Of a DNA stretch of 64,000 nucleotides, positions 16,689 through 26,639 are shown in pieces. The stretch's first letter is position 1, and every line of letters starts with the position of its first letter. This DNA comes from an uncultured Actinomycetes bacterium (GTDB lineage: Bacteria > Actinomycetota > Acidimicrobiia > Spongiisociales > DATADW01): positions 49,318-113,317 of the forward strand of contig CAWACT010000010.1 in NCBI GenBank assembly GCA_963780745.1, written 5' to 3'. Below the pieces are notes generated by a model. That model saw only the letters and a program-made list of their open reading frames with translations, did not search any database and was not told the DNA's origin. Both the position numbers and the translations under genes were made by a program.

Positions 16689-18131
16689 TCAGAGCCGGAC
16701 CCGAGAGACCACGACCTCCTCGCGGACCAACATGGCACCCAGGATCCAGTAGACGAGACCGGCCAGGATCATGGCGGTCGCCAAGCCGGGGAGCGCCAGA
16801 TCAGCCAGCGGTGCCCTGATAGCAAGACCCTCGATCCATTCCACCATCGCCTCCGGCCCGACGGGTTGCACGAGCAGTGATACGGCCACACCGACACCCA
16901 CCGCCAGCAATCCCCATGGGTTGAGGACCCCATACACGCTGCCCCTGCCGTAGAACTGGTCGGTGCGGTAGATCCTCCGCCTGACGACGTAGTAGTCCAT
17001 CAGATACACGGAGGCGACCGCCCCCACCAGCACAAGCGTTGGCTCCAGAGCGGCCACCGAATCCGACCCGAGCACGATGGCGAGGACCACGATCGCCGCC
17101 ACGGTGCCCAATGCCACCGGCCGCCCGACGCGGCGGCCGGTGATGGACGCGGCGCACATCCCGGAGACGTACCCGACGGCAAACGGCAGCAGAGTCTGGA
17201 CCGTCAGCATCCAAACGAGGACGACGATCAACCCGGCGAAGCCGGGCAACGACGAGGTGATGCCGGCGGCGATGTTGGCCGGTCCCGCGCCGAGGAGTGC
17301 CGCGGTGCCACCGACCAGAGAGCCGATCACGGCGGTCGACCCGAACCCGAGCGCCGTACCCGAGGCTGCTACCGACTCGTCTGTGGCGAAGCGGCTCACA
17401 TCACCCACCAGCGGGAACCAGAGGATGCCGAGGGCGAGGACGGCATCGATCGCGAGCCAAAGAGCGCTGGTCTGCTCGGGTACTCGCAAACCGGATTGGT
17501 CGGGCTGGGTCGACAGCAACCAGATGGCTAGGCCGACAGCGACCACAGCCAGCCAGAACACCACCCGGCTGACCCAATGTGTGGCGACCTTCGCCGGTCC
17601 GATCACGACCAGCAGGGCGGAAACCAGACCGATGACGGACATGGTCACCACATTCTCCGGGAGTGGTAGTCCGGCCTGCTCGAAGGCGACGGCCACCACC
17701 TCGGTTGCGACCTGCAGTTGAACCGCCGCCCAGCAAACAAGAGTGACCGTCAGGGCAACCCCGAGCAGCGCGGCCCCGCCGCTCCCAAATGCCGGGCGGA
17801 AGGCCAGGACGGTTGGTACCCCGTTGTAGGCACCCGCCCATGCCGCCAGGGAGAGGACGGTACCCCCGATGACCGCTCCAAGTGGCACCGCGATGATCAT
17901 CTGCTGGAGCGAGAGTCCAAGTCCCTCGGACGACAGACCGAACCCGAGCAACGCCGTCGGGCCGCTGATGACCAGGGCCGCCCAGAGGGTGGCTAGGCGA
18001 GATCCTCCAAGCCCCCGCTGGTCCAATGAAGCCGGTTCGGCGGACCAGGAGCCGTCGGATCCCTGGCGACCGCTCACTGGCAGGAGACTAGGAGTGTCGC
18101 CTGATTTTCGCCCTGTAAGTGGGGCATTCAT
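16689..18131 (-). CDS. NCS1/purine-cytosine-permease-like transporter
   Basis: About 12 TM segments; ATG 18131 (MNAPLTG), alternative 18206. Confidence 0.6.
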   Translation of the reverse strand: MNAPLTGRKSGDTPSLLPVSGRQGSDGSWSAEPASLDQRGLGGSRLATLWAALVISGPTALLGFGLSSEGLGLSLQQMIIAVPLGAVIGGTVLSLAAWAGAYNGVPTVLAFRPAFGSGGAALLGVALTVTLVCWAAVQLQVATEVVAVAFEQAGLPLPENVVTMSVIGLVSALLVVIGPAKVATHWVSRVVFWLAVVAVGLAIWLLSTQPDQSGLRVPEQTSALWLAIDAVLALGILWFPLVGDVSRFATDESVAASGTALGFGSTAVIGSLVGGTAALLGAGPANIAAGITSSLPGFAGLIVVLVWMLTVQTLLPFAVGYVSGMCAASITGRRVGRPVALGTVAAIVVLAIVLGSDSVAALEPTLVLVGAVASVYLMDYYVVRRRIYRTDQFYGRGSVYGVLNPWGLLAVGVGVAVSLLVQPVGPEAMVEWIEGLAIRAPLADLALPGLATAMILAGLVYWILGAMLVREEVVVSRVRL

Positions 18132-18365
18132 TTTGGGCTCCGGGACCGCATTTTTCGTATCGGTATTTTGAGGAGCGCCAACCACCACACGCCTGATCTG
18201 ACCCAATGCTAATGATCATTATCAGTCTATTACCACCGCAACGCAATGAACCTTCAAGCTCGAGTAGAGGTACATAGCGGCTGACTCAATCTCCTATTGC
18301 ACCTTCCAACAAGGGCGGGTTAGGTTGACGTGACCGAAGCGGGCGGAGACGCGGAGGTTGCTCGA

Positions 18366-19715
18366 ATGCTCGCGCTCATCAGGCGTCCCACCAACCGCAA
18401 TCGGCGTGCCGTCGTAGCACTGGCCGCCCTCCTCACCATCGGCTCGATCCCCCCATTGGCCCCGTCGGCGGACGCCACTCCCCTGATCGCTACGGCGCGG
18501 AATGGACCCCGATACCACGTGGTCCAGTTCGGGGAGACGCTCTGGCAGATCGCAGTACGGTATGGCACCACGGTCAGCGCGTTGGTCCGCGCCAACGGTA
18601 TCGCCGACCCGAGCCTGATCTACCCGGGGACCCGTCTGGTGGTGCCGGGGAGCGGCGGTGGCTCGAGCGGTGGCTCGGGACGGGATAGTGGGGGGAATCC
18701 GGCCAGCGGTGGTTGGAAGACCCACGTGGTCGCTGCCGGTGACCTGCTGTGGGAGATTGCCATCCGCTACGACACCACGACCGCCGTCCTGGTGCGAGCG
18801 AACGACATCCCCAACCCCGATGCATTGAGGATCGGGGTGCGCCTCCGGGTACCGGACAACGGGTCAGGTGGCGGTGGTGGCGGTGGTGGTGGCGGCGGTG
18901 GCGGCGGTGGCGGTGGTGGAGGGGGCTCTGCCGGGTGGGAAATCCATGTGGTCAGACGCGGCGAATTGCTCTGGGAGATAGCGCTCCGATTTGGGACGAC
19001 GGCCGGGGCGCTCATCCGAGCCAATGACATTCCCAACCCCGACGCCCTCAGGATCGGAATGAGGCTGCGCGTCCCTGGTGGCGGCAGCGGGAACAATGGC
19101 GGTGGTGGAGGTGGCGGCGATGGCGGCAGCGGTGGCGGCGGCAGCGGCAATGCTCGCCAGGGATGGGGTGTCCACGTCGTCCGGGCAGGCGAGATGCTGT
19201 GGCAGATCGCTCTCCGATACGGGACTACGGCCGGGGAGCTGATAAGAGCCAACGAAATCCCCAACCCCGATGCCCTCCGGATCGGGATGAGGCTCCGGGT
19301 ACCCAAGGCAGGTGCCCGCCCGCAGGTCCCGTCGATCAAGTGCCCGGTGCGTGGTGCGGAGTTCATCAATGACTTCGGGGCACCGCGCCCCGGAGGTCGC
19401 ACCCATGCCGGGATCGACCTCTTCGCCCCGAGGGGAACGCCGGTCAGGGCTCCGGTCTCGGGGTGGGTCGCTGCCTGGGTGGGCGACATCGGCGGCAGAC
19501 AGGTTCGTCTCATCGGCGATGACGGGCACTACTACTCATCCAGCCATCTCAGCGCCTTTGGCACCGGTGGCTGGGTGGAGGGCGGCACCGTGATCGGGTA
19601 CGTCGGGAACTCTGGCAACGCGAAGGGCAGCCCTCCCCATGCCCACTTCGAGTTCCACCGCAATGGCGGCGCCGCAGTCAACCCCTACGACATGCTGCTA
19701 CGAGCCTGTGGGTGA
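18366..19715 (+). CDS. Secreted peptidoglycan hydrolase: four LysM domains plus M23 peptidase
   Basis: GGAGG 9 nt before ATG 18366; signal peptide; four H(V)V..G..LW.IA.RYGTT...L..AN repeats; HAGIDL...GNSGNAKGSPPHAHFE M23 motifs. Confidence 0.85.
   Translation: MLALIRRPTNRNRRAVVALAALLTIGSIPPLAPSADATPLIATARNGPRYHVVQFGETLWQIAVRYGTTVSALVRANGIADPSLIYPGTRLVVPGSGGGSSGGSGRDSGGNPASGGWKTHVVAAGDLLWEIAIRYDTTTAVLVRANDIPNPDALRIGVRLRVPDNGSGGGGGGGGGGGGGGGGGGGGSAGWEIHVVRRGELLWEIALRFGTTAGALIRANDIPNPDALRIGMRLRVPGGGSGNNGGGGGGGDGGSGGGGSGNARQGWGVHVVRAGEMLWQIALRYGTTAGELIRANEIPNPDALRIGMRLRVPKAGARPQVPSIKCPVRGAEFINDFGAPRPGGRTHAGIDLFAPRGTPVRAPVSGWVAAWVGDIGGRQVRLIGDDGHYYSSSHLSAFGTGGWVEGGTVIGYVGNSGNAKGSPPHAHFEFHRNGGAAVNPYDMLLRACG
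18867..18926 (+). repeat. GGY microsatellite encoding a 20-residue poly-Gly linker
   Basis: 20 consecutive GGT/GGC/GGA/GGG codons read directly. Confidence 0.9.
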
Positions 19716-19864
19716 GGCGGCGACGAGCGGTGGGGGGTGACCACGCACCGTAGGGAGTTCCCCAGCCCCCCTACCCGCTGCTCCGCAGCGGGGCCCTTCC
19801 CCCCCTGCGGGGGAAAGGACTCTTTCGGCCTTCCGTCTTCCGTCTTCCGTCTCTGCCCTCTCGG
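19716..19864 (-). repeat. Mosaic repeat locus R2 (reverse orientation; heptads 19830-19864 plus hairpin module B)
   Basis: Reverse complement matches R1/R3 module B and ACGGAAG heptads. Confidence 0.85.
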
Positions 19865-21514
19865 TCACTCGCTGGTCGATACCTCTCGGGTGAGAAGGTC
19901 GAGGCCGACCGGGCCGATTTCGAGGACCCTGTCGTGGAAATCCCTCGTGCTGAACCGTTCGCCCAGTCGCTGCTTCTCGCTCTCTCGCAGTCTGAGGATG
20001 ACCCTCTCCCCTAGTTTGTAGGAGATGGCCTGGCCCGGCCATCCGAGATACCGGGTGACTTCGCTGACGGCGTATTCATGTGGCTGGAAGGCAAGGCGCT
20101 CGAGAACCTGCACTCCGAGGTCGAAACTCCATTGTTCTCCGCCGGCGATCGGCGCCGAATCGGGTACCGGGTACCCCACATGGCACCCGATGTCTATGAC
20201 AACCCGGCAGGCACGCAGGAGGTGCGAGACGACCATTCCCAGCACGTACTCGGGTCGCTCGAAGTAACCCAACTCGTCCATCAGCCGCTCGGCGTACAAC
20301 GCCCAGCCCTCGCCCGAGCCCGAGTACCACACCGCGGTGCGATGCAGCCGACTGAGGCGGTCTCCCATCAGCATCTGCGTCCCGGTCTGGAGGTGATGCC
20401 CGGGGAAGCCCTCGTGGTAGGCAACCGACACCTCCTCATAGAGGGGTACGTGCGGGTCATCGGGAAGTGAGTACCAAACCCCGCCGGGTCGTGAGAAGTC
20501 CTCCGAGGGGGATTGGTAGAAGGCGCCGAGCGGCGTGCCCGGAGGGGCAAGGTTGATGGTGATCTTCCGGATCTCGCTGGGAACATCGAAGTGGACCCCC
20601 TCGAGCGCAGACACCGCCGCCTCTTGCCGGTCCTGCATCACCTTGACGAATTCGTCGTGGTTGGCTGCGGCGTGCTCCGGATCAGACCGCAGCATCTCAA
20701 CCACCTCGGCCGGCTGGGAACCCGGGAGAATCTGGTCCGTCAGCGAACGGGCTCGCTCGGTAAGGGACGACACCTCTCCCCACCCCCAGAGATAGGCCTC
20801 GTAAGGATCGATCTCGCAGCCGAGGAAGCCTCGCGCCGCGGTGATGTACCGTGCCTCGCCCACCCCATCCGCTTCCTGGGACGCCCCGAGGTAAGTGGTA
20901 CGCAAGTAATCCCCGAAATCGCTTGCGGCCGCCTTCGCCGCGGCGACCGCCGCGGCGAATCGGTCCTGCTCGGCACAATCTTCTGGGAGACGCCGGGCTA
21001 GCGACTTGAAGCCTTTTTCATTCGACAGTTTCTCGGTCTGGTCGATGACCGACTCCACCTGGCGGCGCGCCACGGTCAAACCCCGGCGCCGACCCTCCTC
21101 GAGACTGGCGCTCAAACCCTGGTAGAACCGGTCGAGCGACCCGATGCGGCGGATGACGAGGTCCTGGTCTTCGGCAGTGTCCAGCGGCATGATGTCCAAG
21201 GTCTCCCGCAACAGCTGGAATGGCGAGGCGGTGCTGTTGAGATCGCGCAGGTCTTCTCCCCTGGCGTGCTCGTCGCGCTCCTCCTCGATCATCTCGATGG
21301 CCACCTCGCGGGCAAGGCGATCCCATCTGTCAATCGGGGGCGGCAGCCGGTCGATGGCCTGGCGATGCCTGGCACGCATCTCGTCGATGGCGTCCAAGCC
21401 CTCGGGGCTTAGGTCATCCCACTCCGACCGATCGTTCCGGATACCGAGGTTGACGGCCATCATCGGGCTCATCTCGACCAAGTCATCCACGATCTGATCG
21501 GATAACGGGAACAT
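19865..21514 (-). CDS. DUF885 family protein
   Basis: YHEGFPGHHLQ motif; ATG 21514 (MFPLSDQIVDDL), alternative 21580. Confidence 0.8.
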   Translation of the reverse strand: MFPLSDQIVDDLVEMSPMMAVNLGIRNDRSEWDDLSPEGLDAIDEMRARHRQAIDRLPPPIDRWDRLAREVAIEMIEEERDEHARGEDLRDLNSTASPFQLLRETLDIMPLDTAEDQDLVIRRIGSLDRFYQGLSASLEEGRRRGLTVARRQVESVIDQTEKLSNEKGFKSLARRLPEDCAEQDRFAAAVAAAKAAASDFGDYLRTTYLGASQEADGVGEARYITAARGFLGCEIDPYEAYLWGWGEVSSLTERARSLTDQILPGSQPAEVVEMLRSDPEHAAANHDEFVKVMQDRQEAAVSALEGVHFDVPSEIRKITINLAPPGTPLGAFYQSPSEDFSRPGGVWYSLPDDPHVPLYEEVSVAYHEGFPGHHLQTGTQMLMGDRLSRLHRTAVWYSGSGEGWALYAERLMDELGYFERPEYVLGMVVSHLLRACRVVIDIGCHVGYPVPDSAPIAGGEQWSFDLGVQVLERLAFQPHEYAVSEVTRYLGWPGQAISYKLGERVILRLRESEKQRLGERFSTRDFHDRVLEIGPVGLDLLTREVSTSE

Positions 21515-21578
21515 CGCTCGTTCGGTCAGGTCGGCGCCTCCTCGTCTCACTGGGACGGTAACCGGTAGTCTTGATGTC

Positions 21579-22649
21579 ATGGAGGCGGTTGGGGTCGAGA
21601 ACGGCCCCGAGGTGATCCCCGTAAGACCCGACGAGGATCTGGACCGGGAGCATCTCGCCTCCTATCTGGTCTCCCGCCTGGCCGGTGCGGGAGGTCCCAT
21701 GGAGGTGAGCCAGTTCGCCGGGGGCCATGCCAACCTCACCTATCTGCTCCGGTTTGGCAGCACCGAGTACGTCCTTCGACGGCCACCGCTCGGGCCAGTG
21801 GCACCGACATCGCACGACATGGGCCGCGAGTACCGGGTGCTATCCACCCTTTGGTCTGACTTTCCTCTGGCGCCGCGCGCCTATCTCCACTGCGATGACC
21901 TCTCGGTGATCGGTACGGAGTTCTTCATCATGGAGCGGCGGCATGGGGTGGTTGTCCGTGACCAGGTGCCGGCTGTTTTCGGTGGCGGTGCAGACACCGT
22001 CGCCAATCGCCAGTTGTCGGAGGTAGTGATCGACACGCTCGCCGACTTCCATGCCGTCGACCCGGCCGGCTCCGGTCTGGGCGACCTCGGTCATCCGGAG
22101 GGGTTCCTCGAGCGCCAAGTGGGAGGTTGGATCGAGCGCTTTCGGAGGGCTAGCACAACACCCATCCCGGTCGCCGACGAGCTGGCCTCATGGCTTCCCG
22201 AACGCATCCCCGACTCCCCAGCGCCCACACTGGTCCACAACGACTGGCGACTGGACAACATGGCGGTGCACCCCGACGACCCGGCACGGTGTGTCGCCGT
22301 CTACGACTGGGATATGACAACTAGGGGCGATCCCATGGCCGACTTGGGAACGCTGCTGGCCGTCTGGTACCGAGCCGACGAGATCCCCTCGGCGCTCAAC
22401 CCCATGCCGACCACGGTCCCGGGGTTCATGGACCGTGACGCCGCCGCTCAGCGCTACGCCAAGACAAGCGGAAGAGACCTGGCGGATCTCCCGTGGTACG
22501 TCGTGTTCGGCAGCTTCAAGATGGCGGTGATCCTCCAGCAGATCCATCTCCGCTGGCTGCATGGGCAGACTCGCGACGCTCGGTTCGCCACCATGGGAGA
22601 CGCCGCCGACCAACTCTTCCGACTCGCCGCCGACCGCCGTCCGACCTGA
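21579..22649 (+). CDS. Phosphotransferase (APH/ACAD10-like kinase) family protein
   Basis: GGHANLTY, LVHNDWRLDNM catalytic loop, YDWDMTTRGDPMADL. Confidence 0.8.
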   Translation: MEAVGVENGPEVIPVRPDEDLDREHLASYLVSRLAGAGGPMEVSQFAGGHANLTYLLRFGSTEYVLRRPPLGPVAPTSHDMGREYRVLSTLWSDFPLAPRAYLHCDDLSVIGTEFFIMERRHGVVVRDQVPAVFGGGADTVANRQLSEVVIDTLADFHAVDPAGSGLGDLGHPEGFLERQVGGWIERFRRASTTPIPVADELASWLPERIPDSPAPTLVHNDWRLDNMAVHPDDPARCVAVYDWDMTTRGDPMADLGTLLAVWYRADEIPSALNPMPTTVPGFMDRDAAAQRYAKTSGRDLADLPWYVVFGSFKMAVILQQIHLRWLHGQTRDARFATMGDAADQLFRLAADRRPT

Positions 22650-22703
22650 CCGCCTCTTTTGGCCGCATGGCTGGACACCCGGCCGTGTAGCCTCGCCCCA
22701 GTC

Positions 22704-23453
22704 GTGGACCTATACGCTCGGGTCAATATCCTCGGTGGCCGGGCGGTGAGGTTGCCGCGGGGCGACATCGACCAGGCCATCGCCCTCGACACCGACCCGC
22801 TCGCCTGGGCGCGACGCTGGGTTGGCCGTGGCGCACCGCGTCTTCTCATCGTCGACCTCGATGCCGCCGCTCGCCGCGATGGCGACAACCGCTCCCTGAT
22901 CAGCCGGATGCTCTCCGAGCTCGACGTCCCCGTCCAAGTCGCCGGAGGTATCCGGTCGCCTAGCGACGTCGATCGGATGCTCACCGCCGGCGCATGGCGT
23001 GTGGCGATGGGGACAGCCGCCATCGAGAATCAGAACATGGTCTGGGACCTTTGCCGGCTCTATCCCGATCGGATATCTGTCAGCCTCGATGTCCTCGAAG
23101 ACGAAGAGCTCGCCACCCGCGGCTGGACCTCGAACAGCGGCCGGTTTCTCGAGGAGGTCCTCATCGAGTTGTCATCGGCGGGCGTGGCTTCGTTCATGGT
23201 GGCTGAGGCCGGGCGCGACTCCTTGGCCGAACCACCCAACTTCGACGTCATCCGCACAGCCTTGGCAACCGTGGAGCAGCCGGTGATCGCTGCAGGCGGG
23301 GTTCGCAACCTGGCCGACCTCACCGCTCTCACCGAACTCGAGTCGGCTGGCCGCCGACTGGCCGGCGTCGTGGTGGGGCGCGAGGTCACCGTGGGCCGGT
23401 TCAGTATGGAAGACGCCGCTGAGGTGCTGACCCGCGCCGGTGCTGATACCTGA
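22704..23453 (+). CDS. HisA/HisF-fold (beta/alpha)8 isomerase-like protein, stand-alone
   Basis: DLYARVNILGGRAVRL, VQVAGGIRS, VIAAGGVRNLADL phosphate-binding motifs; no other his genes nearby. Confidence 0.65.
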   Translation: MDLYARVNILGGRAVRLPRGDIDQAIALDTDPLAWARRWVGRGAPRLLIVDLDAAARRDGDNRSLISRMLSELDVPVQVAGGIRSPSDVDRMLTAGAWRVAMGTAAIENQNMVWDLCRLYPDRISVSLDVLEDEELATRGWTSNSGRFLEEVLIELSSAGVASFMVAEAGRDSLAEPPNFDVIRTALATVEQPVIAAGGVRNLADLTALTELESAGRRLAGVVVGREVTVGRFSMEDAAEVLTRAGADT

Positions 23454-23630
23454 CGACCACACTCCGCATGTTGCCCACCACAAATAGTGGGATTCTCTCG
23501 TTGCGTGGCGGCTTGGCGTCGTGTAGCGTTAAACCAGTTCCAAAGAGGGGCATGGCGGGCTTGAAATCGGTCAAGTCCTACAGCGGGGCGCCGATAACTG
23601 GACCTGGTTGTCATGGGGAGTAGTAAGGCA

Positions 23631-23819
23631 ATGGTCGTCAAGATTCGGACCAAGCAGCGGGACGGGGAGCACGAGTACGTCGGGCACGTTCTGACTCGCG
23701 GCCCGAGCCGGATCGTCATGATTCTCACCGAGCCGTACCACACGGCCGGGGACTCGGTCACTTTTCAGATCGCAGACGTCCTTTCCGAGGAGCTGCTCGA
23801 GGGGCGCGTCGCCAGCTGA
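23631..23819 (+). CDS. Small hypothetical protein (62 aa)
   Basis: GGGAG/AAGG upstream of ATG 23631; hand-counted GC3 54/62; no family recognised. Confidence 0.55.
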   Translation: MVVKIRTKQRDGEHEYVGHVLTRGPSRIVMILTEPYHTAGDSVTFQIADVLSEELLEGRVAS

Positions 23820-23871
23820 CAGCGGTTCAACGGGACCACACGCCGAGGCGGTGAGCCAATAGCCTGCCGCG

Positions 23872-25065
23872 GTGCCCGAGTCGACGTTCGACACGCTTTT
23901 TGTCGTATTCATTGCTGCAGCCATCACCCCGGTTCTGGCGAGGTGGCTGAAAGGCGTCCCGGTGCCTGCGGTTGTGCTGGAGATCGCCGCCGGAGTGCTC
24001 ATCGGCCCTGAGGTTCTCGGGCTGGCCAGTGAGGACGCCGTCACCAAGGATCTCGCCAACTTCGGGCTCTCGCTGCTCATTTTCCTTGCCGGCTACGAGG
24101 TGAACCCGACTCGTATCCGTGGCCGGCCTCTCCGTTTCGCCGTTGGTGGCTGGCTCATTTCGCTCGCGGCCGGATTGGGGATTGGCGCCCTCTTGGCACG
24201 GTCGGGGAACGTGTCTGCCCTGGTGGTGGGACTGGCGCTGACGACCACGGCGCTGGGGACACTGGTCCCCATCCTGCGGGACGCCGGCGTGCTCGGAGAC
24301 AGATTCGGCACCCACGCCCTCGCAATCGGGACCATCGGCGAGTTCGCCCCAATCGTCGCAGTAGCTCTGCTGCTCAGCGGAGACAACCCGGGAAGAACCG
24401 GACTACTACTCCTCGCCTTCGTGGCAGTGACGCTGATCGTCGCCTTCCTCGCATCTCGCCCGCGGTCGCCTGCGGCGATGCGCTTCCTGGGTGAGAGTCT
24501 CCACACCACCGGGCAACTACCCGTGCGGCTGGCGATGCTCATCCTGGTGTCTCTGATCTGGCTGACGCTCGAGTTCGGGCTCGATGTGCTGCTTGGCGCC
24601 TTCGCCGCCGGGATGGTCATCCGACTTACTTCGAGTGGTGAGCAGGCATCGGAGCTGGGGAGCAAGCTGGAGGCGATCGGGTTCGGCTTCTTCATACCCA
24701 TCTTCTTCGTCATGACCGGGGTCACCTTCGACATCGTTGGGTTGCTGGCCGACACCCAGGATCTGCTGCTGCTCCCCTTGTTCCTCCTCCTCTTCTTCCT
24801 GGTCAGGGGCCTGCCCGTCCTTCTCTACCGGTCTGAACTGGAGCGGCCCGACCTGATCCCGCTCGCCTTGGTCTCGGCCACGGCGTTGCCATTGGTGGTG
24901 GTGATCACCGAGATCGGCGTATCGACCGGCCGGATGGCCTCGAGTCTGGCCACGGCGCTAGTGGGTGCCGGGATGCTGTCCGTTGTCCTCTTCCCGGCGC
25001 TGGCTTTGCGACTCAAAGCCCGATCAACCCATCGGCCTCCTGCTGATACCGTGACGCCGCCGTGA
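23872..25065 (+). CDS. Cation:proton antiporter (CPA2-like)
   Basis: About 11 TM segments; N-terminus LEIAAGVLIGPEVLGL typical of Kef/NapA-type exchangers. Confidence 0.8.
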   Translation: MPESTFDTLFVVFIAAAITPVLARWLKGVPVPAVVLEIAAGVLIGPEVLGLASEDAVTKDLANFGLSLLIFLAGYEVNPTRIRGRPLRFAVGGWLISLAAGLGIGALLARSGNVSALVVGLALTTTALGTLVPILRDAGVLGDRFGTHALAIGTIGEFAPIVAVALLLSGDNPGRTGLLLLAFVAVTLIVAFLASRPRSPAAMRFLGESLHTTGQLPVRLAMLILVSLIWLTLEFGLDVLLGAFAAGMVIRLTSSGEQASELGSKLEAIGFGFFIPIFFVMTGVTFDIVGLLADTQDLLLLPLFLLLFFLVRGLPVLLYRSELERPDLIPLALVSATALPLVVVITEIGVSTGRMASSLATALVGAGMLSVVLFPALALRLKARSTHRPPADTVTPP

Positions 25066-26627
25066 GCCTGCTAGATCGCCTGCGCGCCCCCGCCAATGTC
25101 GGGGACATCACCGGAGAACGATGGGACGCCATCGTGATTGGTGGCGGCCACAACGGCCTTGCTGCCGCCGCCTATCTCGCCCGAACCGGCATGCAGGTCC
25201 TGGTGCTGGAGCGTCGCGACCGACTCGGCGGGGCGGCCACCGTCGAGGAGATGTGGCCCGGCTACCACATATCCCCGTGCGCCTATCTCGCCGGGCTGCT
25301 CCACCCGAGGGTGATCGACGATCTCGACCTGCGCCGCCACGGCTTTGCGGTTACCACCATCGACCCGGACCTCTTTGTCCCATTTGGCGATGGCAGCTCG
25401 CTCACCTGTTGGTCAGACCCCGAGCGGACCGTCACCGAGATCGCACGGCTCTCCCCCCCGGACGTAGACGGATACCTGGCCCGTCAGCAACTGTGGGACC
25501 GGATTCGCGATGCGCTCCGTCCTGAAGGCGACCGCGATGTCTGGCTCGGCGAGCCGCCCTCCCGCTCCGAGATCGAAGAACGGCTCGGGGGCGACACCGA
25601 GCTCATCAACGTCCTTTTCGAACAGTCGCAGATCGACCACCTGTCGGGCTTCTTCAAAGACGAGAGGCTCATCACCGCATACGCCGGCCAAGGGGTCATC
25701 GGGACCAACGCATCGCCATTCGACCCCGGGACCGCCTCGATCGAGTTCCACCACTCATCTGGGCGGCTGGAGGGTCGAGCAGGCACATGGGGGTTCGTCT
25801 CCGGTGGGATGGGGACGGTGTCGGCGGCGCTGGCCGACGCCGCCCGTGGGGCTGGTGCGACGCTGGCTACCGGTGTCGAGGTGGGCAGCATCCTGCCGGG
25901 GGAGGGTGTGGAACTGGCCGACGGCGGCGTCCTCCATGCGCCCGTGGTGCTGTGCAATGCCGACCCCGAACGGGCGGCGGCGCTGCTCGGAGCGGCGGCG
26001 CCCGCGTCGTTCCTGCAGCGGGTCGAGGAGGTACCCCGCACCTCCCCCGTGGTCAAGGTCACCTACGCCCTGTCAGATCTGCCCGACTTCGGCGCCAAGC
26101 ACGCCACCTCGGCACAGGTCGAGATCACCACCGGACCCGCCGCCATGCACGAGTCGTACCTCGCCGCCGCTCGGGGCGGACTGGCCGAGGAGCTCTGGTG
26201 CGAGCTCTACTTCCAGACCGTCTACGACCCATCGATTGCCCCTCCGGGAAAGCACGTTCTCTCCGCCTTCTGCCAATACGTACCCCACACCTTCGCCAAC
26301 GGGAGCTGGGAGGAGCGGCGAGACGAGGTGGGAGCTCTCGTGACCCGCTCGATCGAGCGGTTTGCACCCGGCTTCTCCGACCTGGTCGAGCAGCGCCACA
26401 TCGACGGGCCACCCGATGTGGAGGACCGGATCGGGCTCAGCGGGGGCCACATCTTTCAGGGGGAATGCCTGCCCGCCTTCATGTGGGATCGTCGACTCCC
26501 CTATCGGACCGGCGCCGATGGCGTCTATCTGTGCGGCGCCGCCACCCATCCCGGCGGCAGCGTGATCGCCGTCAACGGCCGCAACGCAGCGATGGCGGTA
26601 ATCAAAGACACGGCGGTCACTTCGTGA
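25062..26627 (+). CDS. FAD-dependent oxidoreductase, phytoene desaturase (CrtI)/PYROXD2-like
   Basis: GTGA overlap with upstream stop; DAIVIGGGHNGLAAAAYLARTG..VLVLERRDRLGG dinucleotide fold. Confidence 0.8.
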   Translation: MSLLDRLRAPANVGDITGERWDAIVIGGGHNGLAAAAYLARTGMQVLVLERRDRLGGAATVEEMWPGYHISPCAYLAGLLHPRVIDDLDLRRHGFAVTTIDPDLFVPFGDGSSLTCWSDPERTVTEIARLSPPDVDGYLARQQLWDRIRDALRPEGDRDVWLGEPPSRSEIEERLGGDTELINVLFEQSQIDHLSGFFKDERLITAYAGQGVIGTNASPFDPGTASIEFHHSSGRLEGRAGTWGFVSGGMGTVSAALADAARGAGATLATGVEVGSILPGEGVELADGGVLHAPVVLCNADPERAAALLGAAAPASFLQRVEEVPRTSPVVKVTYALSDLPDFGAKHATSAQVEITTGPAAMHESYLAAARGGLAEELWCELYFQTVYDPSIAPPGKHVLSAFCQYVPHTFANGSWEERRDEVGALVTRSIERFAPGFSDLVEQRHIDGPPDVEDRIGLSGGHIFQGECLPAFMWDRRLPYRTGADGVYLCGAATHPGGSVIAVNGRNAAMAVIKDTAVTS

Positions 26628-26639
26628 CCGCCGGTTATG

